NCBI GenBank assembly: GCA_964410905.1
Contig: CAYPIR010000001.1
Span: 21,861 to 85,860 of the forward strand
DNA length: 64,000 nt
Direction: 5' to 3'
Source: an uncultured bacterium
Lineage (GTDB): Bacteria > Omnitrophota > Omnitrophia > Omnitrophales > Aquincolibacteriaceae
Below, piece after piece: positions 18,375 to 30,426 of this stretch. Each line of letters begins with the position of its first letter. Position 1 is the first letter of the stretch. The notes under the pieces were generated by a model that saw nothing but the letters and a program-made list of their open reading frames with translations, was not told where the DNA came from and did no database searches. The translations under genes were made by a program, and so were the position numbers.

Positions 18375-20336
18375 TTATTCGTAGCGCAGCGCGCGAATAG
18401 GATCAAGCATTGCCGCTTGTTTGGCGGGCCAAAGTCCAAAAACAATACCAACTCCGGCTGAAAAAGCGAACGCTAAAATAAGCGAGGTGGGAGTAATGAT
18501 CATTTTCCAATTGGCAAAAGTCGCGATTGTCCACGATATTCCTGACGCGAGAAAAATTCCGGCGAGTCCTCCCACGAAGGTTACCAAAACAGCTTCTACT
18601 AAAAACTGCGTCAATATATCGTCAGGCGTTGCCCCAAGAGCTTTGCGGAGTCCAATTTCGCGAGTACGTTCTTTTACCGACACAAGCATAATGTTCATAA
18701 TTCCGATGCCGCCGACAACAAGCGAAATCGCCGCGACGCTGCCGAGCAAAACCGAAAAAGTTCTCGTGGTATTTTGAATCGCCGCTTGAAGATCCGCCAT
18801 ATTACGGATAAAAAAACTATCGTATTTATCGGGCGTAAGGCGATGCCTTCGGATAATAAGTTGATTTATTTCTTCTTGAGCTTCCGACATTTTGTCAAGC
18901 GACACCACTTCAACGTCTATTTGATCCACATACTCTTTTCCAAGCAGTCTCCGCATTGCCGTCATAAGCGGAATCAGCACGACATCGTCTTCATCTTGAA
19001 AACCGCTTGAGCCAAGCGAAGGTAAAACACCAAGAATTTGAAAACTTACGCGGTTAATGCGAATGGTTCTGCCAACCGGGTCTTCGCTTCCAAAAAGGTT
19101 ATCCTTTACTGTCTTGCCAATCAACGCCACGCGCTGGCGGCTTTGGTTTTCGTCATTGGTAAAAAACCGTCCAGACACAGGTTCTTGATTTTTCATGGAA
19201 GCGTATTCAGGCACAACGCCCATTACGCGGCTGCTCCAATTTTTATCGCCAAACACAAGCTGCGCGCTGCCGCGGACTTGCGGCGAGACCTTGCTGACTG
19301 TTAAAATCTGCGTCATAGCTTTTGCGTCTTCCACAGTAAATCTTGTCGCGGTTGACGCGTCGACGCTCGCGCCTCTAACTTTTATCGAGCCGGGACGAAT
19401 TATCAAAAGATTAGAACCCATTTTAGATAAATCTTCTCTGATAGACTCTCCCGCTCCTCGCCCAAGCGCGAGCATAGTAATAACGCAAGCCACGCCGATT
19501 AAAACCCCAAGCATTGAAAGGGCGGAACGAAGTTTATTGTTCAGCAGCACTCGTGAAGCCTGCCTAAAATGTTCTTTTAATTCTCCGATGCTGTATTTTT
19601 TCCTTGAAGATGTCCCATGGTTAAATTCTGGAATTTCTAAATCTTTTTTTTCAAAACTTTGTATTTTTTCATCGCTCACAATTCGTCCATCGCTCATACG
19701 AATCACGCGCTCCGCCTGCGCGGCAAGATTTTCATCGTGCGTTACAAGCGCGATAGTCATCCCCTGTCTATGCAAATCTCTAAAAATTTCCATTATTTCT
19801 TTTCCCGCTTTTGAATCAAGATTTCCTGTCGGTTCATCCGCCAAAATCATATATGGATTATTTGCAAGAGCGCGGGCAATTGCGACGCGTTGCTGCTGCC
19901 CGCCGGAAAGCTCATTTGGGCGGTGATTGATTCGTTCTCCTAGTCCTACTTTTTTTAGAAGTTCTCGCGGAATGTCTAAATTTTCTTTTCGACTTTCGGA
20001 GTAAAGAAGCGGAAGGGCTACATTTTCAGCCGCGCTGGAACGCGACATTAAATTGAATTGTTGAAAAACAAATCCAATGGCACGATTCCGCAAAAACGCG
20101 TATTCTTCCTCTCTAAGACCCGCAGTTTCCTTGCCAAGAAGCCTGAAATGTCCAGTGTCTGGAGAATCGAGAAATCCTAAGAGGTGCATAAGCGTGGATT
20201 TGCCGGAACCGGAAGGGCCCATTATTGCGACAAAATCGCCTTTTTCTATCGACAAAGAAATATCTTGAAGCGCGCGAACTTCAACATCGCCAATTTTATA
20301 AATCTTTGAAATATGTTCAGCTTCAAGAAGTTTCAT
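18375..20336 (-). CDS. macB: MacB-type ABC transporter, fused ATPase and FtsX-like permease
   Basis: GPSGSGKST, LSGGQQQRVAIARAL and a C-terminal 4-TM FtsX domain are present. The start is chosen at MKLLEAEHISKIY (ATG 20336), 1 nt after the macA stop. Confidence 0.85.
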   Translation of the reverse strand: MKLLEAEHISKIYKIGDVEVRALQDISLSIEKGDFVAIMGPSGSGKSTLMHLLGFLDSPDTGHFRLLGKETAGLREEEYAFLRNRAIGFVFQQFNLMSRSSAAENVALPLLYSESRKENLDIPRELLKKVGLGERINHRPNELSGGQQQRVAIARALANNPYMILADEPTGNLDSKAGKEIMEIFRDLHRQGMTIALVTHDENLAAQAERVIRMSDGRIVSDEKIQSFEKKDLEIPEFNHGTSSRKKYSIGELKEHFRQASRVLLNNKLRSALSMLGVLIGVACVITMLALGRGAGESIREDLSKMGSNLLIIRPGSIKVRGASVDASTATRFTVEDAKAMTQILTVSKVSPQVRGSAQLVFGDKNWSSRVMGVVPEYASMKNQEPVSGRFFTNDENQSRQRVALIGKTVKDNLFGSEDPVGRTIRINRVSFQILGVLPSLGSSGFQDEDDVVLIPLMTAMRRLLGKEYVDQIDVEVVSLDKMSEAQEEINQLIIRRHRLTPDKYDSFFIRNMADLQAAIQNTTRTFSVLLGSVAAISLVVGGIGIMNIMLVSVKERTREIGLRKALGATPDDILTQFLVEAVLVTFVGGLAGIFLASGISWTIATFANWKMIITPTSLILAFAFSAGVGIVFGLWPAKQAAMLDPIRALRYE

Positions 20337-20337
20337 A

Positions 20338-21345
20338 TTAAGATTTTTTTGTTCCTGAAGATGACGGCTTTGACGGACGAAAAATATTTGCCGAGCTTTG
20401 TTTTTCGGTTTTACGGACAATAGCTATTTTCTCGTCTTCGCTTAACCCCTTCGTTATAATTGTCATGCTTCCATCTGTATCGCCAAGCTCCACAGCAATA
20501 GGCGTTAATTTTTTCTTATCGTTTTTTTGATAAATGGCAAAGGAACTTTCAAACGGCCGTGCGAGTTCTTTAGGCCAATCCATAATAGCTTCCGACGGCG
20601 CGAGTAAAACATCCTTCGCCTCTTTCACAATAAATGTTACATTCGCAGTCATACCGCTCCTAAACGAATCAGGAACTTCTTCAGGCAACACATCAACTTT
20701 ATAAACATTTACATTGTTTTCCAGCGTGCTTTCAAAGGTGATGTGATCTACCTTTCCTTCAAATGTTTCATTACGATACGCATCCAAGCGAATCTCCGCT
20801 CGTTGCCCTATTTTAATTAATGAAAGGTCTGTTTCATCTACTAACCCCTCAACAATCAACCTGTCGGAAACTACCACAACGGCATCCGTAGTCGATACTG
20901 TTTGACCCGGCTCAACGGAACGGACAATAACCATTCCATCAAGCGGCGACAGCAAAGGCGCCGGCTTATACGCTTCTTCCCATCTTTTTAATGTCTCAGG
21001 ACTCTCACCGCGAGCCGCGTCAAGAAGCACCGCGCGCTCGACTGAACTCATATAAGCAAGAATCTGTCCACGATTTACCATCTCGCCTTCTCGGACAAGA
21101 ATATCTTCTATACGTCCTGCTATCGGCGCTTTGACTTCAACGCGGTTGTAAGGTTTAACCGTTCCCGTCGCCGTAACGCTTAGCCACAAATCTCCGCGCG
21201 TAATTTTATCCATTCTTATTAGTTCTAAACCGTCAGACGATTTTCCGCATGAAGAAAATCCTTGCATCGCTCCGATTAAAATTACTATTAAAATTATCCA
21301 TTTCAAAAATCCACGTTTTTTATTTTTTTGATTGTTCATAATCAT
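20338..21345 (-). CDS. macA: Efflux periplasmic adaptor (HlyD/MacA family)
   Basis: It has an N-terminal signal/anchor and a barrel-sandwich hybrid region (VKAPIAGRIEDILVREGEMV). Confidence 0.8.
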   Translation of the reverse strand: MIMNNQKNKKRGFLKWIILIVILIGAMQGFSSCGKSSDGLELIRMDKITRGDLWLSVTATGTVKPYNRVEVKAPIAGRIEDILVREGEMVNRGQILAYMSSVERAVLLDAARGESPETLKRWEEAYKPAPLLSPLDGMVIVRSVEPGQTVSTTDAVVVVSDRLIVEGLVDETDLSLIKIGQRAEIRLDAYRNETFEGKVDHITFESTLENNVNVYKVDVLPEEVPDSFRSGMTANVTFIVKEAKDVLLAPSEAIMDWPKELARPFESSFAIYQKNDKKKLTPIAVELGDTDGSMTIITKGLSEDEKIAIVRKTEKQSSANIFRPSKPSSSGTKKS

Positions 21346-22675
21346 CCTCTAAAGTCACGCCGCGGACTTTGTCCCAATTGGCTTGTTGTTGAAATACATT
21401 CGCAAGACTTTCGACATAATCTTTTTCCGCGCTGACGCTTTCCTGTTCCGCCGTGTCAAAATCGGTAAAATTAACAAGCCCGCTCGAATATTCAGCGCGA
21501 ATAATTTCAGCGCGTTTACGGCTCGCCTCTAAAAACTTCTTTTTAACTTCGACATATTCCATAGCGTCCACATACTTTGTCCATATCTCTGCTAACGACG
21601 CGACCGCCTCATCACGCGCGCTTTTCGCCGTCCGTTCCGCCGCTTCATAATCCGCCTTCGCTTTACGTATTGCCGCGACATTCTTTCCGCCTTCAAAGAA
21701 CGGTATGGAAACAGAAACTCCAAGAGATCCCGAATCACGCAGATTTGACGAGCGATCGCCTGAGTATCCGTAATTATATGTTCCGTCCACCTGCGGCAAT
21801 ACCGAAGATTGCGCTGAAACCATATCGGCTTTAGCCGCTTCCGCGAGTTTAATTAATCGATTAACGCCAAAATTCGCTTCCGCGAGTTCTACATAATTTG
21901 GAGTTTCCGCTCGAAGTTCTTCTATCATTTTTTCAAGGTCATCACCGATAGTAAGCGGTAAAACAAATTCCCCGCCGCTTTCTCGCGATAAACGAAGCGA
22001 TTCACTTTCGATTTGTCTTTGAGTCTGCCCCACATCATAAACCGCCTGACTTGCCGCAGCTTCTGCCCGCAGCGACGAGCCTAAATTTTCACGCCCCGCA
22101 CCGTAACGGAGTCTGACAAGTTCCGCATTCTGTTTCCTGCGCTCTTCAATTTGTTTATTGGTAGCGAGAAGTCTTTCATAACGAATTAATTCCACATATG
22201 AAGAACGCAGTCTATATCGAACCTCTGAACTTATCGTCTGATATTGCCATTGAAGAGCTTCAAGTTGTCTGCCCGCTTTAATCCATTTTCCGGTAATATC
22301 TCCGCCGTGGAAAATAGGCTGTGTGGCCTTTATGTTAAGCGCGAGGCTATCGCCTGTTTTACTGGTGTTTGTTGAGCGTCCAACGTTTTTTTGAACTTCG
22401 CCTTGAACCAAAGGAAGATAATCGCCGAACGCGCTATCTTTGTTTCTCTCGCCGGATGTAATTTGAAAACGGGCCTCTTGAAGATCCGGGTTTTGACTAA
22501 GCGTTTGCCTGACAAGTCCGTCCCAAGTAAGAATTTTCGCGTCATTACTTTTTGAGATTTTCAATTGAGGCAAAGAGACGGCAAGACAACCCGACAATAA
22601 AAACACGGTTGCCAAAATAAACGCGTTAGAAATTTTTTTTCGATACGAAGTTTTTCTGTTTTTCATAAGAGGCAA
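21320..22675 (-). CDS. TolC-family outer membrane efflux protein
   Basis: It has a lipoprotein-like signal peptide (LLSGC) and a two-repeat OEP architecture. It heads the macAB operon. Confidence 0.8.
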   Translation of the reverse strand: MPLMKNRKTSYRKKISNAFILATVFLLSGCLAVSLPQLKISKSNDAKILTWDGLVRQTLSQNPDLQEARFQITSGERNKDSAFGDYLPLVQGEVQKNVGRSTNTSKTGDSLALNIKATQPIFHGGDITGKWIKAGRQLEALQWQYQTISSEVRYRLRSSYVELIRYERLLATNKQIEERRKQNAELVRLRYGAGRENLGSSLRAEAAASQAVYDVGQTQRQIESESLRLSRESGGEFVLPLTIGDDLEKMIEELRAETPNYVELAEANFGVNRLIKLAEAAKADMVSAQSSVLPQVDGTYNYGYSGDRSSNLRDSGSLGVSVSIPFFEGGKNVAAIRKAKADYEAAERTAKSARDEAVASLAEIWTKYVDAMEYVEVKKKFLEASRKRAEIIRAEYSSGLVNFTDFDTAEQESVSAEKDYVESLANVFQQQANWDKVRGVTLEDDYEQSKK

Positions 22676-22741
22676 ATCATACCAAAACTTTATGATGTTT
22701 AATACAGGAAGGAATCGACATTTTTTTATTTTTATATCGTT

Positions 22742-25047
<2,306 letters not shown>

Positions 25048-25054
25048 TTTTTTC

Positions 25055-25597
25055 TTATTTTCCACCTTCGTCCACCTCCAACAATTGATTGCGGATATGA
25101 TAAGCGACAATTCCAAACGCGACAGAAACGTTTAACGAGTTTTTCAGTCCCGACATTTCAATTTCTACGGTTTCATCGCAGAGTTTCACCAACTCATCAG
25201 ACACACCCGAGACTTCATTGCCCAGCACAAGACAAACCGCTCCCGTCGGTTTGTAGTCTTGATAAGGGATACTATTGTCGAGTTGTTCTAAAAAAACAAT
25301 TCTGTAGCCGAGAGATTTAAGTTCCGTCAGAAGCTCCGCTGCGTTTTTGCGATATTCCCAAGTGATTTTTTTCTCGGCTCCAAGCGCAGTTTTAGAAATT
25401 TGGTTATCAGGCGGACAGCCCGTAATTCCGCACAGGTAGAGTTTTTCCAGCCCCGCTCCATCGGCTGTTCGGAAAACAGAACCCACATTATAGAGGCTGC
25501 GAATATTATTTAGGACGGCACAAAATGGAAGGCAGCGTTCATTTTCTTGCGTTCTTTTTTGCCGAACAAGAAGTTCTTCATGACTTAGTTTACGCAT
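25055..25597 (-). CDS. SpoU/TrmH-family RNA 2'-O-methyltransferase
   Basis: [11 protein letters not shown] ... [21 protein letters not shown] are the SPOUT knot motifs. Confidence 0.8.
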   Translation of the reverse strand: MRKLSHEELLVRQKRTQENERCLPFCAVLNNIRSLYNVGSVFRTADGAGLEKLYLCGITGCPPDNQISKTALGAEKKITWEYRKNAAELLTELKSLGYRIVFLEQLDNSIPYQDYKPTGAVCLVLGNEVSGVSDELVKLCDETVEIEMSGLKNSLNVSVAFGIVAYHIRNQLLEVDEGGK

Positions 25598-25603
25598 AAC
25601 AAA

Positions 25604-26371
25604 TTATTTTTTGTTATCCCAAACATAATATCTTCTGTATCCCCAGTGATAAACGCTTTCAGGAATTTTTCTCAAAAACCAAACTACAACTCTCCACCAA
25701 CCCGGCACATAAGCGACCCGCTTCCTTTTTTGAATCACTTTATAAATTTTTTCAGCGGCAATTTCGGGCGAGATAATTCCGACAAGCCCTTTTCTTCCAT
25801 GCAACAATTTTGTATTAACAAACCCCGGTCTTATGTCTATAACTTTGACATCCGTCAGTGAAAACTTTTGCCGCAATCCTTCCATATAATTTGAAACAAA
25901 TGCCTTTGAGGCGTTGTAAGACGGCGAACGGCCGCTGCCTCTGTGCGATGCAACTGACGAAATTCCTACGATACAACCTGTCTTTTTTTTAAAAAAATAT
26001 TCCACTGCAACATTTATCATTGCCGCAAAACCCATCGCATTTACTTTTATCATTTCCTCTTCGCCCGCCCAAGCAAGCGTTTCGTTTTGGACTAGGACTC
26101 CCGCGTTTATAATTATCAAATCAACCCCGGCCAGCACCATAATCAAGTTCCTAAGTTCATGCATTGCTTCTCCGACGTCACGGACATCTATTACGCGGAC
26201 AACAGTTTCGCCTTGAATTTCGTTTTGAAGCGCGCCAAGCGTTTCTTGATTACGCCCAGCGATTCCGACCACATAGCCTTCCGTAGAAAGTTTTTTTGCG
26301 ATTGCGCGGCCGATACCGCTTCCCGCACCAATCACTATTGCTTTTTTAGGCGAGGTGTTTAGATTTGTCAT
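25604..26371 (-). CDS. Short-chain dehydrogenase/reductase (SDR)
   Basis: [13 protein letters not shown] (TGxxxGxG-type) and the YNASK catalytic motif are present. Confidence 0.85.
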   Translation of the reverse strand: MTNLNTSPKKAIVIGAGSGIGRAIAKKLSTEGYVVGIAGRNQETLGALQNEIQGETVVRVIDVRDVGEAMHELRNLIMVLAGVDLIIINAGVLVQNETLAWAGEEEMIKVNAMGFAAMINVAVEYFFKKKTGCIVGISSVASHRGSGRSPSYNASKAFVSNYMEGLRQKFSLTDVKVIDIRPGFVNTKLLHGRKGLVGIISPEIAAEKIYKVIQKRKRVAYVPGWWRVVVWFLRKIPESVYHWGYRRYYVWDNKK

Positions 26372-26559
26372 TTGTTTATGGATAAAAATTTTTCAATGGA
26401 ACGGTCGAAGGTTTTTTCAACAGATTGGGGGAAATAACAGGCGGGTAGTTGTTTACGACTTCTATGATACGCTACGCATTCACAACAAATGCCTTTCCGC
26501 GGGCAAGGTTCGTAGGAACAATTACAAAAACTTTTATTTTTAGTGCTTTTGCATTCCAT
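26368..26559 (-). CDS. Small Cys-rich protein (63 aa), conserved-hypothetical type
   Basis: It contains [21 protein letters not shown], with 7 Cys and 1 His. A 4-nt ATGA overlap couples it to the SDR gene. Confidence 0.5.
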   Translation of the reverse strand: MECKSTKNKSFCNCSYEPCPRKGICCECVAYHRSRKQLPACYFPQSVEKTFDRSIEKFLSINK

Positions 26560-26871
26560 TTTAGGCTCTCTCTATTTCGCTTTCTCGTTAAAAACTTTCA
26601 CGGCATGTCTTATTCCGTAAATTCCGTGATTCCGTTTCGTTGAATTCTTTTAGTTAAGAAGTCATCTCGCGCGTAGCAGCAGGATCTAGATTCTGTGACG
26701 TTAAAAAACAACGCACAGAATAACTATTCAAAAAATCTTCAATGTATAACCGTTTCACTATTATCACGAGAAGATTACCATCAGTCGCACACCTACTCTT
26801 CGCTTCGGACGCTGCCCCCTTTTTTTGTTTACCTTTCAGGAAGCCTTCGACTTTTACAAATCACAGAAAAG

Positions 26872-26948
26872 TGGTCGGGGCGATTGGATTCGAACCAACG
26901 GCCTCTCGGTCCCGAACCGAGCGCACTACCAAGCTGTGCTACGCCCCG
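26872..26948 (-). tRNA. tRNA-Pro (anticodon CGG), CCA encoded
   Basis: Folded by hand: acceptor CGGGGCG/CGCCCCG, D stem GCAC/GTGC, anticodon stem CTCGG/CCGAG with loop TTCGGGA, T arm GTTGG-TTCGAAT-CCAAT, then ACCA. Confidence 0.95.
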
Positions 26949-27011
26949 AATATTTTTTATGAAGGTTGGAAGTATATCAAATTTCAATTTTTCATTGGAT
27001 AAAAATATCCA

Positions 27012-28232
27012 TCAATTTTCAAGTGAATTAGGCTCTTCCTCAGCCTCTAATTTCACGTTATATTTAATCCCTAATCTTTCTAGTTTAATAGCAGATTTAA
27101 CAATGCCTTGCCCACCGGTTAGCTTCGTATTTGCTTTTTCATACGCTTTTTGCACTTCCCCTAACTTACTTCCAACATCTTCCATAGCATCAACAAAGCC
27201 TTCAACTCGGCTGTGCATTTCCTCACCCGTCTTAATGATTGCCTCCATATTTTTGCTTGTCTTGTCTATGCTCCACAAATTGTCCACGACTTTCAAAATT
27301 GGGAAAAGCGAAGATGCTGTCGCGATAGCAATTTTTCTCGCCGCAGCAAACTCAAACAAATCAGGAGATGCTTCAAGCGCCGCAAAATACGCATACTCTA
27401 TTGGGATAAACATAATGACAAAATCCGGACTCCGCCCATTCACCTTTTTGCTTTTTTGATATTCCTTAGACGTCAGCCCTTTTATATGATTTTTTATATC
27501 TTCAACTAGCGCGTTTAAATATTTATTTTTTTCATCAATATCAGCTCCATTAACCCAAGCTGAATAATTCACAAGCGACATTTTGGAATCGATTATAACT
27601 TTTCTATCGTCCGGCAAAGACACGACACAATCAAGTATCACCTTCTCTGAATCTTCGCTTTTATCCGCAAATTGCAGCTCGTAATTCACCCCTTTTTGAA
27701 GCCCCGCCATTTGCAGCACGCGCTCAAGCAGCACTTCGCCCCAATTCCCTTGCATTTTTTTATTTTGCAAGGCATTGGTTAATTCGTTTGCTTCTTTAGA
27801 CAAATTTTGATTCAAATTTTTCAAATCGTGAAACGCCAACTCAAACGAGCGGTTTTTTTCCATTTGTTCTTTGTGAAGTCTCTCTATTGTTTCTTTATAA
27901 ACATTCATCTTTTCTTTTAAAGGATCAATCAACCCCGACATTTCTTTTTGGTTTACATCCTTAAAGTCCTTGGAATGTTCTCGAACAATATCTGCGGCAA
28001 TTGCTTTAAATGTATCAGCGGCGTTTGAGATAATCGCTTCGTTTTCGCGTTTAAGCTGCTCCCGCTGTTGGATAAGACTATCTTTATCTTTTTGAAGCGC
28101 TGTTTTCTCGACTTCGTATTGCGTTATTTTTCGCTGAAATTCGTTTGCTCCTTGCAAAATACCATTTTTTTTACCTAATAAAAATCCTGCCGCGCAGCCC
28201 AAAACCGCCAAAATAACTAGAATGATTTCCAT
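27012..28232 (-). CDS. rmuC: DNA recombination protein RmuC
   Basis: It has an N-terminal TM, a long coiled coil, and a C-terminal RmuC nuclease-like region (DFVIMFIPIEYAYFAAL). Confidence 0.85.
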   Translation of the reverse strand: MEIILVILAVLGCAAGFLLGKKNGILQGANEFQRKITQYEVEKTALQKDKDSLIQQREQLKRENEAIISNAADTFKAIAADIVREHSKDFKDVNQKEMSGLIDPLKEKMNVYKETIERLHKEQMEKNRSFELAFHDLKNLNQNLSKEANELTNALQNKKMQGNWGEVLLERVLQMAGLQKGVNYELQFADKSEDSEKVILDCVVSLPDDRKVIIDSKMSLVNYSAWVNGADIDEKNKYLNALVEDIKNHIKGLTSKEYQKSKKVNGRSPDFVIMFIPIEYAYFAALEASPDLFEFAAARKIAIATASSLFPILKVVDNLWSIDKTSKNMEAIIKTGEEMHSRVEGFVDAMEDVGSKLGEVQKAYEKANTKLTGGQGIVKSAIKLERLGIKYNVKLEAEEEPNSLEN

Positions 28233-28270
28233 AAATTTTTCTCCCGCGTTTAAGCTTTTATATTAATTAA

Positions 28271-30028
28271 TTATTCAGCAAAAGCCGCTTCGTCAGAAAT
28301 AATTTCTTGTGAATGCGAAGAAGAAGCTGAGGATAAATTTTTTCTGGCTCTGAAACCTTGCGTTAAAAGCGCCGCTTCCATCACCTCTTTAAACACAGGC
28401 GCGGCAACAGTTCCGCCGTAATAGGACGGATGCGGATCGTCCAAGACAACAACCATCGCGTATTGAGGGTTATCAGCGGGAACAAACCCAATAAAAGAAG
28501 ACATAAAATTGCTATGTGAATAACCTTTACCGTTAGGCAAAACCTTTTGAGCAGTTCCCGTTTTTCCGCCGACAGAAACATTTTCAATTTTCGCGCGAGT
28601 TCCTGTCCCCCGCTCAACCACTTCTGTCAAAATATCACGCATAGTTTTGGCGACTTCAGGCTTTATGACGCGCCTTTTTGTTATCGGTTTTTTCTTCTTT
28701 ATAACAACGCCGGAAGCATCTCGTATTTCCGAAATAATATACGGCTGCATCAACACGCCGTCATTTGCTATCACGGACATTGCCGTTACCATCTGTAGCG
28801 CCGTTACCGTAACCTCTTGTCCCATGGGAATATTGTAAGGTGATGTTTTCGACCATTGGGCGACGGGCCGCGTAAATCCAGAAACCTCGCCGGGCAAATC
28901 CACACCCGTAATTTTTCCGAAACCAAAACTTTGAACATAACTTTGAAATTTGTCGCTTCCCATTTTTAAGGCGATTTTCACAGTCCCAATGTTGCTTGAT
29001 TTAATCATAACCTCGCTCATCGGTATCGTCCCATACGGGTGCACATCGCGAAGAGTTTTTACGCCATAATTCCATTTTCCTTTTTCGCAATTAAAATTCG
29101 TATCGGGAGTTACAACTCCGTCATTCAACGCGCCTGAGCCCGCAACAATTTTAAACACAGAACCAGGCTCATACGTATCTGTTACTGAACGGTTGCGTTT
29201 AGAATCAGCGGTCGCTTTGGCATAATAATTTGGATCAAAGCCCGGCTGATTCGCCATAGCCAAAATCTCTCCCGTTTTCGGATTCAAAACAATAGCCCAC
29301 GCGCCCTTCGCGTTCCATTGTTTATACGCCGCTTCAAGAGCCTTTTCCGTCAAGTATTGCAAATGCTGGTCTATGGTGAGCACTATGCGATTTCCGTCTA
29401 TGGCCGGAAGACTTTTCATTTCAAAGGCTTTAATTTCTCTGCCGAGTGCGTCCCGCTGCGTTATCCGCTGACCGGATTTTCCGCAAAGTTCACCATTGAG
29501 CGACCGCTCCAAACCATCCAAGCCTTCGTTATCAACATTAGAAAATCCCAAGACCTGCGAAAGCATCGTCCCTTGCGGATAAAACCGTTTGTATTCTTCC
29601 ATAATTCCAAACTCCGAACTCTTGAGCGCTTTAATTTTGTCAGCCTCTTCTATGGTTACGTGCCTCTTTAACCATACGAAAGCTTTATCGCGTTTGAGAC
29701 GCTCCTTTGCCCAATCAATTTCTAATCCTAAAATTTTTGAAATTTCTTTGGCAAGAGTGTCGACCTCATCGCTAGGAATAATTCGAGGCACCGCGTAAAT
29801 TGAAGGAACTTTTAAATTGGTAACAAATTCTTTTCCATTGCGGTCGGTAATAGAACCTCGAAGCGGCGGGATATCGATACGAACAATATGCTGGCTATTG
29901 GCTCGTTTTAAAAGTGATTGGCGGCGAATGCAGGTAAGTTGAACAAACTGATAAATGATTAGGCTAAAGAGGAGAAAAATCACGCCGTATACAACCCAAA
30001 ATCGCTTGAGAGGAAGCGGCGTTCGCAT
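28271..30028 (-). CDS. ftsI: Peptidoglycan D,D-transpeptidase FtsI (class B PBP)
   Basis: SxxK (GSVFK), SSN and KTGT motifs are present, with an N-terminal TM, in a dcw context. Confidence 0.9.
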   Translation of the reverse strand: MRTPLPLKRFWVVYGVIFLLFSLIIYQFVQLTCIRRQSLLKRANSQHIVRIDIPPLRGSITDRNGKEFVTNLKVPSIYAVPRIIPSDEVDTLAKEISKILGLEIDWAKERLKRDKAFVWLKRHVTIEEADKIKALKSSEFGIMEEYKRFYPQGTMLSQVLGFSNVDNEGLDGLERSLNGELCGKSGQRITQRDALGREIKAFEMKSLPAIDGNRIVLTIDQHLQYLTEKALEAAYKQWNAKGAWAIVLNPKTGEILAMANQPGFDPNYYAKATADSKRNRSVTDTYEPGSVFKIVAGSGALNDGVVTPDTNFNCEKGKWNYGVKTLRDVHPYGTIPMSEVMIKSSNIGTVKIALKMGSDKFQSYVQSFGFGKITGVDLPGEVSGFTRPVAQWSKTSPYNIPMGQEVTVTALQMVTAMSVIANDGVLMQPYIISEIRDASGVVIKKKKPITKRRVIKPEVAKTMRDILTEVVERGTGTRAKIENVSVGGKTGTAQKVLPNGKGYSHSNFMSSFIGFVPADNPQYAMVVVLDDPHPSYYGGTVAAPVFKEVMEAALLTQGFRARKNLSSASSSHSQEIISDEAAFAE

Positions 30029-30030
30029 TT

Positions 30031-30426
30031 TTAAGAAATCGAATCAGTTTTAGCAGCCTGCGCGGTTTGAATCCATTTACCAAAGAAATTCATAATTTCA
30101 GATGAAAAAGACCGCGTTGTTTTTTCAAGCACTGCGGCAGAAATAACACGGTCGGCAATAGCCGGAACTTCAACCACCTGAACTTTATTGGGCAAAGTCA
30201 AGCCCATATCGTAGTGTTTCATTTTTTCTTCAAGAAGGCGGGGGGCCCTCAACTGCTCTATTTTGTAAGCAAACTTTCTGAGAATCTCTTGTTTCTGCTC
30301 CAAAGACTTTTTATTCTTATCAATATCAAGGGAAACGATTACGCTGCCCAATTGAAAATGGACATAGAAAATCACCAAAAAAGCGACTGCCGCAATTGCA
30401 AGTAAACTTTTTACGCTGCCTTTCAT
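30031..30426 (-). CDS. ftsL: FtsL-like cell division protein
   Basis: It has a single N-terminal TM plus a coiled coil, and sits between rsmH and ftsI. Confidence 0.6.
   Translation of the reverse strand: MKGSVKSLLAIAAVAFLVIFYVHFQLGSVIVSLDIDKNKKSLEQKQEILRKFAYKIEQLRAPRLLEEKMKHYDMGLTLPNKVQVVEVPAIADRVISAAVLEKTTRSFSSEIMNFFGKWIQTAQAAKTDSIS

Noticed and set aside
18371-18451. N-terminal extensions offered by the ORF track for the MFS gene. The same applies to macB (20337-20420), mraZ (32116-32154), acyP (25048-25116), rluD (61640-61678), mqnA (57504-57521) and the PpiD-like gene (51016-51054).
   Set aside because: Each extension overlaps the 3' end of the upstream gene or a regulatory site. Each is followed by an internal ATG that gives the family-typical N-terminus, and for mraZ that ATG also has a clear SD.
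19195-19926. 243-aa plus-strand ORF
   Set aside because: It lies entirely antisense to the well-supported macB gene (Walker/ABC signature motifs on the minus strand). Its sequence is low-complexity and Ser/Leu/Cys-rich with no motif. It is a typical shadow ORF.
26560-26871. Search for SRP RNA, tmRNA or 6S RNA in the gene-free stretch next to tRNA-Pro
   Set aside because: GGGGGCAGCGTCCGAAGCGAAG superficially recalls SRP domain IV. However, there is no complementary closing helix, no GGAA-type tetraloop context, and no tRNA-like 3' end for tmRNA. Only generic hairpins can be supported.
26695-27459. 254-aa plus-strand ORF
   Set aside because: It runs straight through the tRNA-Pro gene and antisense into rmuC. 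It has no RBS and a low-complexity sequence.
26872-28232. tRNA-Pro as an integration site for a mobile element
   Set aside because: There is no integrase, no direct repeat of the tRNA 3' end, and no phage or transposon genes nearby. The neighbouring rmuC is a core gene.
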